From NCBI GenBank assembly GCA_963845065.1, contig CAWJQQ010000005.1:288001-352000 (forward strand): a DNA stretch of 64,000 bases. Direction: 5' to 3'. The DNA comes from Nitrospirota bacterium (GTDB lineage: Bacteria > Nitrospirota > UBA9217). The notes beneath the pieces are model-generated. The model had not been told where the DNA came from and made no database searches. It saw only the letters and a list, made by a program, of their open reading frames with translations. Shown in pieces: positions 50,508 to 60,128 of this stretch (within the stretch, counting starts at the first letter, position 1; every line of letters begins with the position of its first letter). The translations under genes were made by a program, and so were the position numbers.

Positions 50508-51320
50508 CTAAATGTACAACACCCCCTCGCAAATCACTTCGGCATTCCCTTCAAGGTGAATACTGGTAAATTCCTCTCCGCTCCGCTCGAATGATACCGT
50601 GAGCTTTTCTCCGCCAAAAGTGTGGACCTCGACTGGTGAAAAAACAGCGCCAAGAGCGCCTGAGACGAGAGCGCCCGCGACCGAGCCCGTGCCACAAGCA
50701 AGCGTTTCACCCTCCACACCTCGTTCATAGGTCCTGATGCGGAGCCTGTGTTTGTTCTGTATCTGGATGAAGTTCACATTCGTGCCAGCGGGCTTGAAAA
50801 GATCATGATAGCGCGTTGTTCTGCCAATACGGTCTACATCTTCATTGTCGATATCCTTCGACAAATATACCAGGTGAGGCACACCGGTGTCTAGGAAATG
50901 GCCCATGCGTATGCCGCTTTCAAGCGGTACGGCAATATTCATGCGGAGTCCTGCGGCGTCTGTTAGCTGGACCCTGACCGTATCCCTTTTGACATGTGCG
51001 TGAATGGTTCCTACGAGCGTCTCGAAAGCCATGTCCTTTTTTGCAATTTTTTTGATTAGCGCAAAGCGTGCGGCGCAGCGGGATCCATTGCCGCACATCC
51101 CAGCCTCACTGCCATCGGCATTGAAGAACCGCCATTTGAAATCGACTTTTTTCGACAGAACTATCACGATTAAGCCATCAGCGCCAACTGAGTAATGCCG
51201 GTGGCAGACCGCCACTGCCAAGTCTTTCAAGCTTTTCCCCTTCAGGATGTCCCTGCGGTTGTCGATCAGGATGAAATCGTTGCCGCTGCCCTGCATTTTA
51301 AAGAATGGTATTTTTTTCAT
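50508..51320 (-). CDS. dapF: Diaminopimelate epimerase
   Basis: GSGNDF, MCGNG, ERGVEGETLACGTG. Confidence 0.96.
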   Translation of the reverse strand: MKKIPFFKMQGSGNDFILIDNRRDILKGKSLKDLAVAVCHRHYSVGADGLIVIVLSKKVDFKWRFFNADGSEAGMCGNGSRCAARFALIKKIAKKDMAFETLVGTIHAHVKRDTVRVQLTDAAGLRMNIAVPLESGIRMGHFLDTGVPHLVYLSKDIDNEDVDRIGRTTRYHDLFKPAGTNVNFIQIQNKHRLRIRTYERGVEGETLACGTGSVAGALVSGALGAVFSPVEVHTFGGEKLTVSFERSGEEFTSIHLEGNAEVICEGVLYI

Positions 51321-51415
51321 AAATACCTCGGCATGACAATAAATTCGAAGGCCATCAAATACTACTGTAAATTTGTCTTCGAGTCTTAAAATGACTTCGC
51401 GGTCAATCGCAGGAT

Positions 51416-52681
51416 TTATCCCGCCAGCCACCGCGGTATCTTCTCACCCTTGATGAGATCGTTGTAAGTTTCACGCTCGCGAATGACGAAATATTCGCTG
51501 CCTCGGACCATCACCTCGGCAATACGGAGGCGTGAGTTATAGTTTGACGACATGGAAAAACCATAGGCCCCGCCACTCATAACGGCGAGGAGATCGCCCC
51601 GCTGCACCAAAGGCAATTCGCGTTCCTTGGCCAGAAAATCGCCGGACTCGCAGATGGGACCAACGACATCGAATACGTCCTGCTCCAGCGTCGGCGACTG
51701 CTCGACTACAGGCTTAATCTCGTGGTATGCTTCATAGAGGCTCGGGCGAATAAGATCGTTCATTCCCGCATCGACAATAACAAATTTTTTCTCACCGCTA
51801 CTTTTGTGGTAGAGGACACTCGTCACCAGAATGCCTGCATTCCCGACGATTGCCCGGCCAGGCTCCAGCACAAGCGTGCAACCACACGACTTCAACAGCG
51901 GTTTTATTGCTTGAGCCAGTTCCTTGGGGTGTGGCGGCGTTTCGTCCTTATAGGTGATGCCGAGCCCCCCGCCGATATCGATGCATTTGATACTCATGCC
52001 GGCTGACTTGAGCTCCTTTACGAATGCAACGACCTTTTCGAGTGCTTCAACGAAGGGCTGGATCTCTGTAATCTGCGACCCAATGTGGTGGTGTATGCCG
52101 ACGACATCCACATGAGGGAGGGACTTCGCAATTTGGTAATATTCGAGCGCCTGCTCAATCGGGATGCCAAACTTGTTCTCCTTCAGTCCCGTCGCAATAT
52201 AAGCATGCGTTTTGGGGTCGATGTTCGGGTTTACCCGCAACGCGATGCGTGCCTTGGACCGCATTTCGCCAGCCGCTTCGTCCAGCGCCCGAAGTTCGTC
52301 TCCCGATTCGACATTGAACATGTGAATGCCGATTTTGAGCGCATATTCGATCTCGTCCTTGCGTTTACCTACGCCAGCAAAAACGATTTTTTTCGGGTCG
52401 ATGCCGGCACGAAGCGCCCGGAACAGTTCTCCGCCGGAAACAATGTCCGCGCCGGCACCCTCTCGACCCAACAGCCGGAGAACGGCGCTGTTCGAGTTGG
52501 ACTTCAAGGCATAGCAGATTAGGTGAGGAATGCCGGTGAAAGCGCTGTCGAAGGCACGGAAATGCATGGCGAGCGTGTTGCTGCTGTATAAGTAGAATGG
52601 CGTGCCGACACGCTGTGCTACAGTTTTTATCGGCACACCTTCGCAGTACAGTTCGCCTTTTTTATATTGAAAATCATGCAT
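51416..52681 (-). CDS. lysA: Diaminopimelate decarboxylase
   Basis: YALKSN, HIGSQ, EPGR, GPICESGD. Confidence 0.97.
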   Translation of the reverse strand: MHDFQYKKGELYCEGVPIKTVAQRVGTPFYLYSSNTLAMHFRAFDSAFTGIPHLICYALKSNSNSAVLRLLGREGAGADIVSGGELFRALRAGIDPKKIVFAGVGKRKDEIEYALKIGIHMFNVESGDELRALDEAAGEMRSKARIALRVNPNIDPKTHAYIATGLKENKFGIPIEQALEYYQIAKSLPHVDVVGIHHHIGSQITEIQPFVEALEKVVAFVKELKSAGMSIKCIDIGGGLGITYKDETPPHPKELAQAIKPLLKSCGCTLVLEPGRAIVGNAGILVTSVLYHKSSGEKKFVIVDAGMNDLIRPSLYEAYHEIKPVVEQSPTLEQDVFDVVGPICESGDFLAKERELPLVQRGDLLAVMSGGAYGFSMSSNYNSRLRIAEVMVRGSEYFVIRERETYNDLIKGEKIPRWLAG

Positions 52682-52744
52682 GATGCACCTTGTCTACCTT
52701 GTGGATACACAACCTTGAAGAAAGATGGCGTTTCAGTTGTCGAC

Positions 52745-53848
52745 TTACTTTCTTTTCAATTTATCAATCGTGAATGAATCCTCGCCGAGATTCTCGACTT
52801 TAACCTTGATCTCGTGCGAATACTCGCTTTCATTGCCAGACTGGTCCACTGCGGTAACAACGTAGTAATAGGTCTTACCTACCTGGACCGTTGCGTCCGA
52901 ATACGTTGTGCGCAGAAGTAACTTGTCCGTCAAACGATCGTAGTCTTTGCCGTGCTTCGTAGAGCGATACACATGATACCCGGCAAGGTCTGACTCCTTG
53001 TTTTCATTCCAGGAGAGGAACACCCTGCCAATCCCCGGTACCGATCTTAGCCCCGTCGGTCTATGTGGCGGCGTCAAGTGCTTCGGCGTGGCCTTTACCT
53101 CTACAGAATCAAGGCTCTCTATCCAGGGCTGAACCGGACCGTTAACGGAACGGACAATGTAATAGTACGTTCTGTTGTTTACGGCGCCTGTATCTTTATA
53201 CGATGTCGCAGTGAGCGGGTCCTTGTTCAATGGAGGCTCATCATATATGCCCTGTTCAGTGCCGCGGTAGATATTGTATCCAATGAAGCCCTTATATGGG
53301 CTATCGTCCGCCCAGGTTGTAACCGCTTCCCAGGTGATGAAATTAAAACTATCTCCACCCAACGCTTTAACGCCCTTGGGTGGTGCGGGGCCCAAGAGCG
53401 GTGTGATCCGCACTTCGGCGGATTGATTACTGACTCCGCCACGAATGCTCACTGCTCTGATTCGATAGCCGTAGGTGTAGCCGTATTTCACATAAGCGTC
53501 GGACCAGACGACGATACCGTTCCGAATATTTGCCGGCGCTGGATTTGCCATCTTCAGCTCTACATACTGCTTGTACCGCGCCTTCTTCCGTTCGCGCCCG
53601 AACTCGGCCCTGTATACGCGAAACAGCAGAATATCTGCAGGCTTCATGTCTACGCCTTCCACATTTTTGGTCGGAACCGGCCACGACAAAAAAGCGATTG
53701 AGTCACGGGTTACAGCTTTGATGTTTTTCACCTGCTCAGGTCTCGGGCTGGCGGGTATAAGCGGATCAGTTTTTAAAGCGCACGCTGTGGCGAACGTCAG
53801 CACTAACGCCAGAGAGGCAGCAATACGCCACCGAGTTCCGGTATTCAT
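52745..53848 (-). CDS. Fibronectin type III repeat lipoprotein
   Basis: Lipobox-like ATAC followed by ALKTDPLIP; three FN3-like units ([15 protein letters not shown]). Confidence 0.8.
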   Translation of the reverse strand: MNTGTRWRIAASLALVLTFATACALKTDPLIPASPRPEQVKNIKAVTRDSIAFLSWPVPTKNVEGVDMKPADILLFRVYRAEFGRERKKARYKQYVELKMANPAPANIRNGIVVWSDAYVKYGYTYGYRIRAVSIRGGVSNQSAEVRITPLLGPAPPKGVKALGGDSFNFITWEAVTTWADDSPYKGFIGYNIYRGTEQGIYDEPPLNKDPLTATSYKDTGAVNNRTYYYIVRSVNGPVQPWIESLDSVEVKATPKHLTPPHRPTGLRSVPGIGRVFLSWNENKESDLAGYHVYRSTKHGKDYDRLTDKLLLRTTYSDATVQVGKTYYYVVTAVDQSGNESEYSHEIKVKVENLGEDSFTIDKLKRK

Positions 53849-55254
53849 CTCATTTTTTTGAGCATCTGAAGACGTTTTTTCAGGTTCACGGGGGCTGTCC
53901 CGCCGTAGGAGGTCCTTCTGGTTACAGATGTTTCTATGGAGATGGCATCGTAGACATCTTCGCTGATCTGCGGCGAGAGCTTCCGGTACTCCGTAAGTGA
54001 CATGTCGCCGAGTCCGCATCCCAATTCAGTAGCGCGTAGTACGGCTCGGCCGACAATTTCATGCGCACGGCGGAAGGGGATGTTTTTTCTAACCAGGTAA
54101 TCAGCAAGGTCGGTGGCTGTTATGAAACCGTCTTCAGCTGCTTGCTGCATCGTCTTTTCATGGATCGAGACGCTCTTGAGCATCTCGGCCATGACCGTGA
54201 CAGACATCGATACCGTATCCACGGTATCAAAGAGCGGTTCTTTATCCTCCTGCATATCACGATTATAGGCAAGCGGAAGCCCCTTCATGAGTGTCAGGAG
54301 CGCCATAAGATTGCCATAGACCCGACCTGTCTTTCCGCGCGTGAGCTCTGCCACATCGGGATTTTTTTTCTGCGGCATGATCGAAGATCCAGTAGCGAAT
54401 GCATCTGACAGCGAGATGAACCCGAATTCCGACGACGACCAGATGACGAGTTCCTCGGACAAGCGAGAAAGGTGCATCATGATCTGAGAGCAGGAAGAAA
54501 TGAACTCTATAGCGAAATCCCTGTCAGACACGGCGTCCATGCTGTTCTCGCTCACACTACCGAATGAGAGCTGCTTAGCCACGAATTTTCGGTCTATGGG
54601 AAGCACTGTGCCCGCGAGAGCCCCGGCGCCCAGCGGCATGATATTAACACGCCGGAAACAGTCTTCGAGACGGCCCCGGTCGCGTTCGAACATTTCGTAA
54701 TAAGCGAGCAGATGATGGCCCAGAAGAACGGGTTGTGCCCGTTGGAGATGTGTGTATCCAGGCAGAACCACATGCTGATGTTGATCGGCAAGCAATACTA
54801 TAGTCTTTTGTAGCGATCTCAGAAGATATCGGATGCTGGTGATTTTATCGCGTAGATACATGCGGATATCGAGAGCTACCTGGTCGTTTCTGCTACGAGC
54901 TGTATGAAGTTTCCCACCTACGGGACCGATCTTTTCTATGAGCCGGTTCTCGATGTTCATGTGGATATCTTCGAGCTCGATCTTGAACGTAAAAGAGCCG
55001 GACGCAATTTCCCTAAGGATGTCATCCAGTCCCTTGACGATCCTGCGAGCCTCCGTCTTAGTAATAATACCGGTCTTCGCCAGCATAGCTGCATGGGCAA
55101 TACTGCCTGCGATATCATAGGGGTAGAGCCGCCAGTCGTAGGGGATCGAAGCGGTAAACTCTTCAACGAGTCCATTCGTGGCTGCGGTAAAGCGTCCACC
55201 CCAGGGCTTGGTTGTCTTCCCGACTGTTTTTATTATTTTTGTCTTCTTTGCCAT
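53845..55254 (-). CDS. argH: Argininosuccinate lyase
   Basis: [23 protein letters not shown]. Confidence 0.97.
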   Translation of the reverse strand: MAKKTKIIKTVGKTTKPWGGRFTAATNGLVEEFTASIPYDWRLYPYDIAGSIAHAAMLAKTGIITKTEARRIVKGLDDILREIASGSFTFKIELEDIHMNIENRLIEKIGPVGGKLHTARSRNDQVALDIRMYLRDKITSIRYLLRSLQKTIVLLADQHQHVVLPGYTHLQRAQPVLLGHHLLAYYEMFERDRGRLEDCFRRVNIMPLGAGALAGTVLPIDRKFVAKQLSFGSVSENSMDAVSDRDFAIEFISSCSQIMMHLSRLSEELVIWSSSEFGFISLSDAFATGSSIMPQKKNPDVAELTRGKTGRVYGNLMALLTLMKGLPLAYNRDMQEDKEPLFDTVDTVSMSVTVMAEMLKSVSIHEKTMQQAAEDGFITATDLADYLVRKNIPFRRAHEIVGRAVLRATELGCGLGDMSLTEYRKLSPQISEDVYDAISIETSVTRRTSYGGTAPVNLKKRLQMLKKMR

Positions 55255-55378
55255 GATGAGCAATTAACCTGTTTAAGATGCCTCATGTGTTTCGTCGTGG
55301 GTTTAGCAGAACGTCCTAGTCCGGAATTGTATCCCATGGACTGCTTCCTCACAATTTGCTGAATTCTCTAACTTGATT

Positions 55379-56584
55379 TTACGAATTGCCTATTTTACTC
55401 CCGACCCTGAGTCGAAGAGCATTCAGCCGGATGAATCCTTCCGCATCCTTCTGATTGTAAACTTGGTCCGCTTCGAAAGTCGCAAGCTCGGGATTGTATA
55501 GAGACACAGCGGACTTACGTCCAATGGTGTCGCAGTTGCCCTTGTAAAGCTTCAGCCGAGCCGTTCCGGTTACGTTTTTTTGCGACTCATCAACCAAGGC
55601 CTGGAGCATAAGACGTTCGGGTGCGAACCAGTATCCATAGTACACGAGCTCTGCATACCGGGAAACCAGGCTGTCCCGGAGATGCATGGCCTCACGGTCC
55701 ATGGTAATAGACTCAACGGCACGGTGCGCGGCATGGAGCAGCGTACCACCTGGTGTTTCATATACACCGCGAGACTTCATGCCGACGTAGCGGTTCTCGA
55801 CGAGATCAACTCTGCCGACACCGTGGATGCCAGCAATACGGTTCGCCTCGGCTAGGAGAGCGGCAGGGGACATCTGTTTGCCGTTGATCGCGACGGGATT
55901 TCCGGTTAAGTATTCAACTTCCACATTCTCGGCATTGTCCGGGGCCTTTTCTATCGGCACGGCCATTGTGAACATGTCACTCGTTGATTCTTGCCACGGG
56001 TCTTCGAGTACGCCCCCTTCATAGCTGATATGCAGCAGATTGCGGTCGGTCGAATAGGGCTTCGACTTGGTCGCCGCAACAGGAATCCTGTGCTTCTCGG
56101 CATAAGCAATTAATTCCTCGCGGCTTTTCATTGTCCAATCGCGCCAGGGAGCAATGATTTTCACGTCAGGCTTGAGAGCAAAATATGTGAGTTCAAAGCG
56201 AACCTGGTCGTTCCCCTTGCCCGTCGCACCGTGACAAACTGCGTCGGCACCTTCCCGATCTACAATCTCGATCTGGCGCTTTGCAATCAACGGCCGTGCA
56301 ATCGAAGTGCCCAGGAGATAGCGGCCTTCGTACACGGCATTTGCGCGTAGCATAGGAAATACAAAATCCCTGACGAATTCCTCCCGGAGATCATCGATAT
56401 AAATCTTACTCGCGCCCGTATTGATAGCTTTCTCTCGGAGCTGTTCGAGTTCCTCGCCCTGGCCGATATCGGCAGTAAATGCAATCACCTCGCACGCGTA
56501 GGTCTCCTTGAGCCATGTGATAATAACCGATGTATCAAGCCCCCCGGAATAGGCAACGACAATTTTTTTTACGTCCTGATTCAC
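55379..56584 (-). CDS. argG: Argininosuccinate synthase
   Basis: [22 protein letters not shown]. Confidence 0.97.
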   Translation of the reverse strand: MNQDVKKIVVAYSGGLDTSVIITWLKETYACEVIAFTADIGQGEELEQLREKAINTGASKIYIDDLREEFVRDFVFPMLRANAVYEGRYLLGTSIARPLIAKRQIEIVDREGADAVCHGATGKGNDQVRFELTYFALKPDVKIIAPWRDWTMKSREELIAYAEKHRIPVAATKSKPYSTDRNLLHISYEGGVLEDPWQESTSDMFTMAVPIEKAPDNAENVEVEYLTGNPVAINGKQMSPAALLAEANRIAGIHGVGRVDLVENRYVGMKSRGVYETPGGTLLHAAHRAVESITMDREAMHLRDSLVSRYAELVYYGYWFAPERLMLQALVDESQKNVTGTARLKLYKGNCDTIGRKSAVSLYNPELATFEADQVYNQKDAEGFIRLNALRLRVGSKIGNS

Positions 56585-56640
56585 TGGTTACTCCGCATTT
56601 CGCAATCACGCTGCTTCCATTCGACAGTACATGTAGGTGT

Positions 56641-56844
56641 TCATTTTGAGCCAGCATTCCATTGCTTCCCACATTTATGACAGGTAATTAGTACTTTTTA
56701 CTTCCGAGGGAACCAGCCAACACATGCCAAGTGGATCAGCGACAAACAATCCACCCGCTGCCTTGTTGCAGTGTCAGATCCCTTTTTATCAAAACTAAGT
56801 TGGGTAGAGCCGCACTTTGGACACTTAAGTGCTTCGTCTGGCAC
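56641..56844 (-). pseudogene. Frameshifted small zinc-ribbon / glycine-zipper protein
   Basis: Pieces in different frames: KCPKCGSTQLSFDKKG / KAAGGLF / LAGSLGSK / VLITCHKCGKQW. Confidence 0.65.
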
Positions 56845-56859
56845 ATATAATAAGAACTC

Positions 56860-57345
56860 TCAATCTTCTTCGATCTTCACCCTCATCTCAATTCGTTCGT
56901 TAGGGTTGTCATTTTTGTCGCGGGGCTGCGAGACGATCTTGTCTACCACCTCGATCCCATTTTCCACTTCACCGAAGACCGTATATTGATGGTCCAGGAA
57001 CGCCGAATCCTTCACGCAGATGAAGAACTGGGATCCAGCGCTGTCCGGACTGGCCGCTCGTGCCATGGAAAGGGTTCCTCGTTTGTGCGGACGCGAATTG
57101 AACTCGGCCTTGATGGTGTAGCCCGGTCCGCCCGTGCCGTGTTTGCTTTTATTCGGGTCCTTTGAGTTCGGGTCGCCGCCCTGGATCATGAAACCGGGGA
57201 TCACCCGGTGGAACGTGGTGCCGTCATAAAAGCCCTTGTTAGCCAAATCGACGAAGTTCTTTACATGTCCCGGTGCAACCTCGGAAAAGAATTTCAGGGT
57301 GATGGTGCCGAATTTGGTCTCCAATACGGCTTTTGAATTCGCCAT
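56860..57345 (-). CDS. Cyclophilin-type peptidylprolyl isomerase (cytoplasmic)
   Basis: FHRVIPGFMIQGGD, SMAR, AGSQFF, YTVFG. Confidence 0.95.
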   Translation of the reverse strand: MANSKAVLETKFGTITLKFFSEVAPGHVKNFVDLANKGFYDGTTFHRVIPGFMIQGGDPNSKDPNKSKHGTGGPGYTIKAEFNSRPHKRGTLSMARAASPDSAGSQFFICVKDSAFLDHQYTVFGEVENGIEVVDKIVSQPRDKNDNPNERIEMRVKIEED

Positions 57346-57465
57346 GGTTGTTGCCTCCACACTGTTAATGGAAATGGACCAGTTTCATGGTCCATGAGAT
57401 TCTGCACACTTTATACTCTGTGCTACGAACTCCAAACTGCGAACTTTATATGAATAATTTTGTAC

Positions 57466-58068
57466 CTACTTGCCTTCTACGATCTTCACCTTCATCTCGA
57501 TGCGGTCATTGGGGTTGTCGTTTGCGTCACGCGGCTGCGTGACGATCTTATCGACCACCTCCATGCCGCTTACCACCTCTCCGAACACTGTATATTGCCT
57601 ATTCAGGAACGGCGCGTCCGCAACACAAATAAAGAACTGCGAACCCGCGCTGTTGGGGTCGTTCGCCCGAGCCATGGAAAGCGTGCCGCGTTTGTGCGGC
57701 CGGTCGCTGAACTCGGCGGGAATGGTGTATCCAGGACCACCCGTGCCATAGGCCTGGCGCTTAGCAGGGTCCTTGGAGATGGGGTCGCCCCCCTGGATCA
57801 TAAAACCCGGGATTACACGGTGGAATACTGTGTTATTATAGACGCCCTTCTTGGCAAGGTCGATGAAGTTCTTCACATGCCCCGGTGCGACATCAGGAAA
57901 GAACTTCAAGGTGATGTTCCCGAACTTGGTCTCAAGGACCGCAGTGGTCGACGACATTTTTTTGATTTCCTGTTTATTAAATTTTACCGGTGACTGCTGC
58001 GCGAATGATGGCACAGCGCACAATAGCCCAATTAATAGCAGGATAAGAACGATAAGCACTTTTCTCAT
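57466..58068 (-). CDS. Cyclophilin-type peptidylprolyl isomerase (exported)
   Basis: Same motifs plus an N-terminal signal peptide (SFA-QQ). Confidence 0.95.
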   Translation of the reverse strand: MRKVLIVLILLLIGLLCAVPSFAQQSPVKFNKQEIKKMSSTTAVLETKFGNITLKFFPDVAPGHVKNFIDLAKKGVYNNTVFHRVIPGFMIQGGDPISKDPAKRQAYGTGGPGYTIPAEFSDRPHKRGTLSMARANDPNSAGSQFFICVADAPFLNRQYTVFGEVVSGMEVVDKIVTQPRDANDNPNDRIEMKVKIVEGK

Positions 58069-58430
58069 GTAATTATGCCCTCCCTCGGGTAGGAAAAAAC
58101 AAGCTTATGCTTTTTGAACAGACAAGATATACATTTTTACCAGAAACCCGGAGATATGTCAAACAAAACCAGAGGCTTGCGTGATTTTGATCCCATGGAT
58201 ATATGTTCCAGTAGGAAAATCAGCTCAGTTCAATATGCCGAGCACCCGGAACCGGCAAAGCGGGGGTGGGGATCCTGTGGCTCGCTCCGTTGGACAGGCT
58301 GCGTTAGATCAGTGGTCGCCTCAGCCTCCGATGCTCGACTATTCCACGCTTTCAATTGCAGGAGTTTTCTGGTACTATTTTAAGCAGTCTCGCGGATGAG
58401 GAATAGGTATACCGTCGAAAGGAGGGCAAT

Positions 58431-58856
58431 ATGGTGCAGAAGGCAAGCGGCAAGCTTACGGAACTGCTGAATAAGGCGATTGCACGGGAGATCCAGGTGA
58501 GCGTCCAGTATATGTGGCAACACGTGATGGCGAAGGGTCTGGAATCAGCTGAGTTGGCCGACGTGTTCAAGGACATTGCTGTCACGGAAATGAAGCATGC
58601 GGAAAAGATAGCAGAGCGACTCTTCTATTTTGCAATTCATCCGACAATCTCTCCGAATCCCATTAACGTCGGAGGCAATATCAGACACATGCTTGAGGTC
58701 GATGCACAAGCAGAGGTGGAGGCTATCGAACTCTACAAGGAAATTATCAGACAAGCCATATCAGAAGGTGACTCGACAACGAGACTGCTGTTTGAGGAGA
58801 TCCTCGCTGAAGAGGAAGACCACCACGACATGTTCACGACCCTTCTCGGGAATTAG
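58431..58856 (+). CDS. Ferritin-like (bacterioferritin-related) protein
   Basis: REIQVSVQY, EMKHAEKIAERL, EEEDH diiron motifs. Confidence 0.9.
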   Translation: MVQKASGKLTELLNKAIAREIQVSVQYMWQHVMAKGLESAELADVFKDIAVTEMKHAEKIAERLFYFAIHPTISPNPINVGGNIRHMLEVDAQAEVEAIELYKEIIRQAISEGDSTTRLLFEEILAEEEDHHDMFTTLLGN

Positions 58857-58963
58857 GGTCTTTTTAGCAGCATGAGACTCCCTCCTCACCTCGCTCCTGT
58901 ACCCTCTCCGGAGAGGAAAAGGGCCTCTATCACTCGGGGGAGAGTGGACATCTGGAAAACACA

Positions 58964-59809
58964 ATGAAGATAGTCAACGACATACTTGAAATGCAGTCCC
59001 TCGCGGAAACCGTTAGAAGGCAAGGAAGAATGATCGGCTTCGTGCCTACCATGGGGTTTTTGCATGAAGGCCATATTGCACTTATTCGTCAGGCACGGCA
59101 AGCCTGTCATGTCGCAGTTGTTAGCATCTTTGTCAATCCAACCCAGTTCGGGCCAAATGAAGACTTTGAGCGATATCCCCGTGATGAAGAAGGTGATCGA
59201 AAAAAGTGCGAAGCTGCGGAGGTCGACGTTCTATTCATTCCAAAGGTTTCCGAGATGTATCCGGAAAAGCCTAGCGTATTCGTTACAGTGGAGGGAGTAT
59301 CAGAGATACTGGAAGGTAAGGTCCGGCCCGGCCATTTCCGCGGTGTGGCTTCGGTGGTGAATAAACTTTTTAACATTGTGAAGCCTCATAAGGCATTTTT
59401 TGGTCAGAAGGACTATCAGCAGTGCGTAGTAATCAAGCGAATGGTGAAAAACCTGAATATTGACGTCGAGATCATTGTACACCCAACTATCCGTGAGCAT
59501 GACGGTCTTGCCATGAGCTCAAGGAACACCTATTTGAATGCCGACGAAAGGCCTGCGGCACAGGTACTCTTCCGAGCGCTATCGGCTGCTAGCGACCTGT
59601 TCATCGCAGGAATGAGAGCGCCCGAAAAAATAAAGGACAAGATACACGCCATCCTCCAAGGTGAGCCCAGCGTCGAGATTGATTATGTAGAGCTTGTTGA
59701 CCCCGAAAACCTCACGCCTCTCGAAACCCCGCGAAATACTATGGCAATCCTTGTTGCCGTCCGTTTGGGTCGTACGAGATTGATTGATAATATTCTCATT
59801 CAGGAATAA
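58964..59809 (+). CDS. panC: Pantoate--beta-alanine ligase
   Basis: VPTMGFLHEGH, FGQKDYQQ, AMSSRN, RLIDN. Confidence 0.97.
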   Translation: MKIVNDILEMQSLAETVRRQGRMIGFVPTMGFLHEGHIALIRQARQACHVAVVSIFVNPTQFGPNEDFERYPRDEEGDRKKCEAAEVDVLFIPKVSEMYPEKPSVFVTVEGVSEILEGKVRPGHFRGVASVVNKLFNIVKPHKAFFGQKDYQQCVVIKRMVKNLNIDVEIIVHPTIREHDGLAMSSRNTYLNADERPAAQVLFRALSAASDLFIAGMRAPEKIKDKIHAILQGEPSVEIDYVELVDPENLTPLETPRNTMAILVAVRLGRTRLIDNILIQE

Positions 59810-59940
59810 TAAGTTTCACATGCGCAGCCACTACCCGGTGGGTGCTGCCGGCTGTCACGGAGAGCGACCGTGGGTATGGTGGCTGCTAAGGAACTAAAAC
59901 GTCTACGTGACATTACGAAGAAGGGTGTTCAACTCACAAC

Positions 59941-59977
59941 GAAATGCCCCAGGTTTTATAACCATGGGGAGAGGTCA
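59941..59977 (+). mobile_element. IS200/IS605-type right-end hairpin remnant
   Basis: GAAATGCCCCAGGTTTTATAACCATGGGGAGAGGTCA. Confidence 0.55.
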
Positions 59978-60128
59978 GGAGAATCACTAACGGCGAGTTT
60001 GCGTTGACGGTGACGGTTGTCACCGCTTCGTCTCCACGTGGCGGCGGGAGCCTATTGTGCTTCTTAGCGAAAAAGCTGATGCATACCATTTGCATCGGCT
60101 GTGCACGACCGCATGCTGGAAGGTTTTT

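Noticed and set aside
42990..57447. Short GAACT heptamer-like runs at about 42990-43020 and 57425-57447
   Set aside because: Only 3-4 degenerate units each; too weak to call
58878..58946. REP-like CCCTCTCC/GGAGAGG element before panC
   Set aside because: Single degenerate copy in the window
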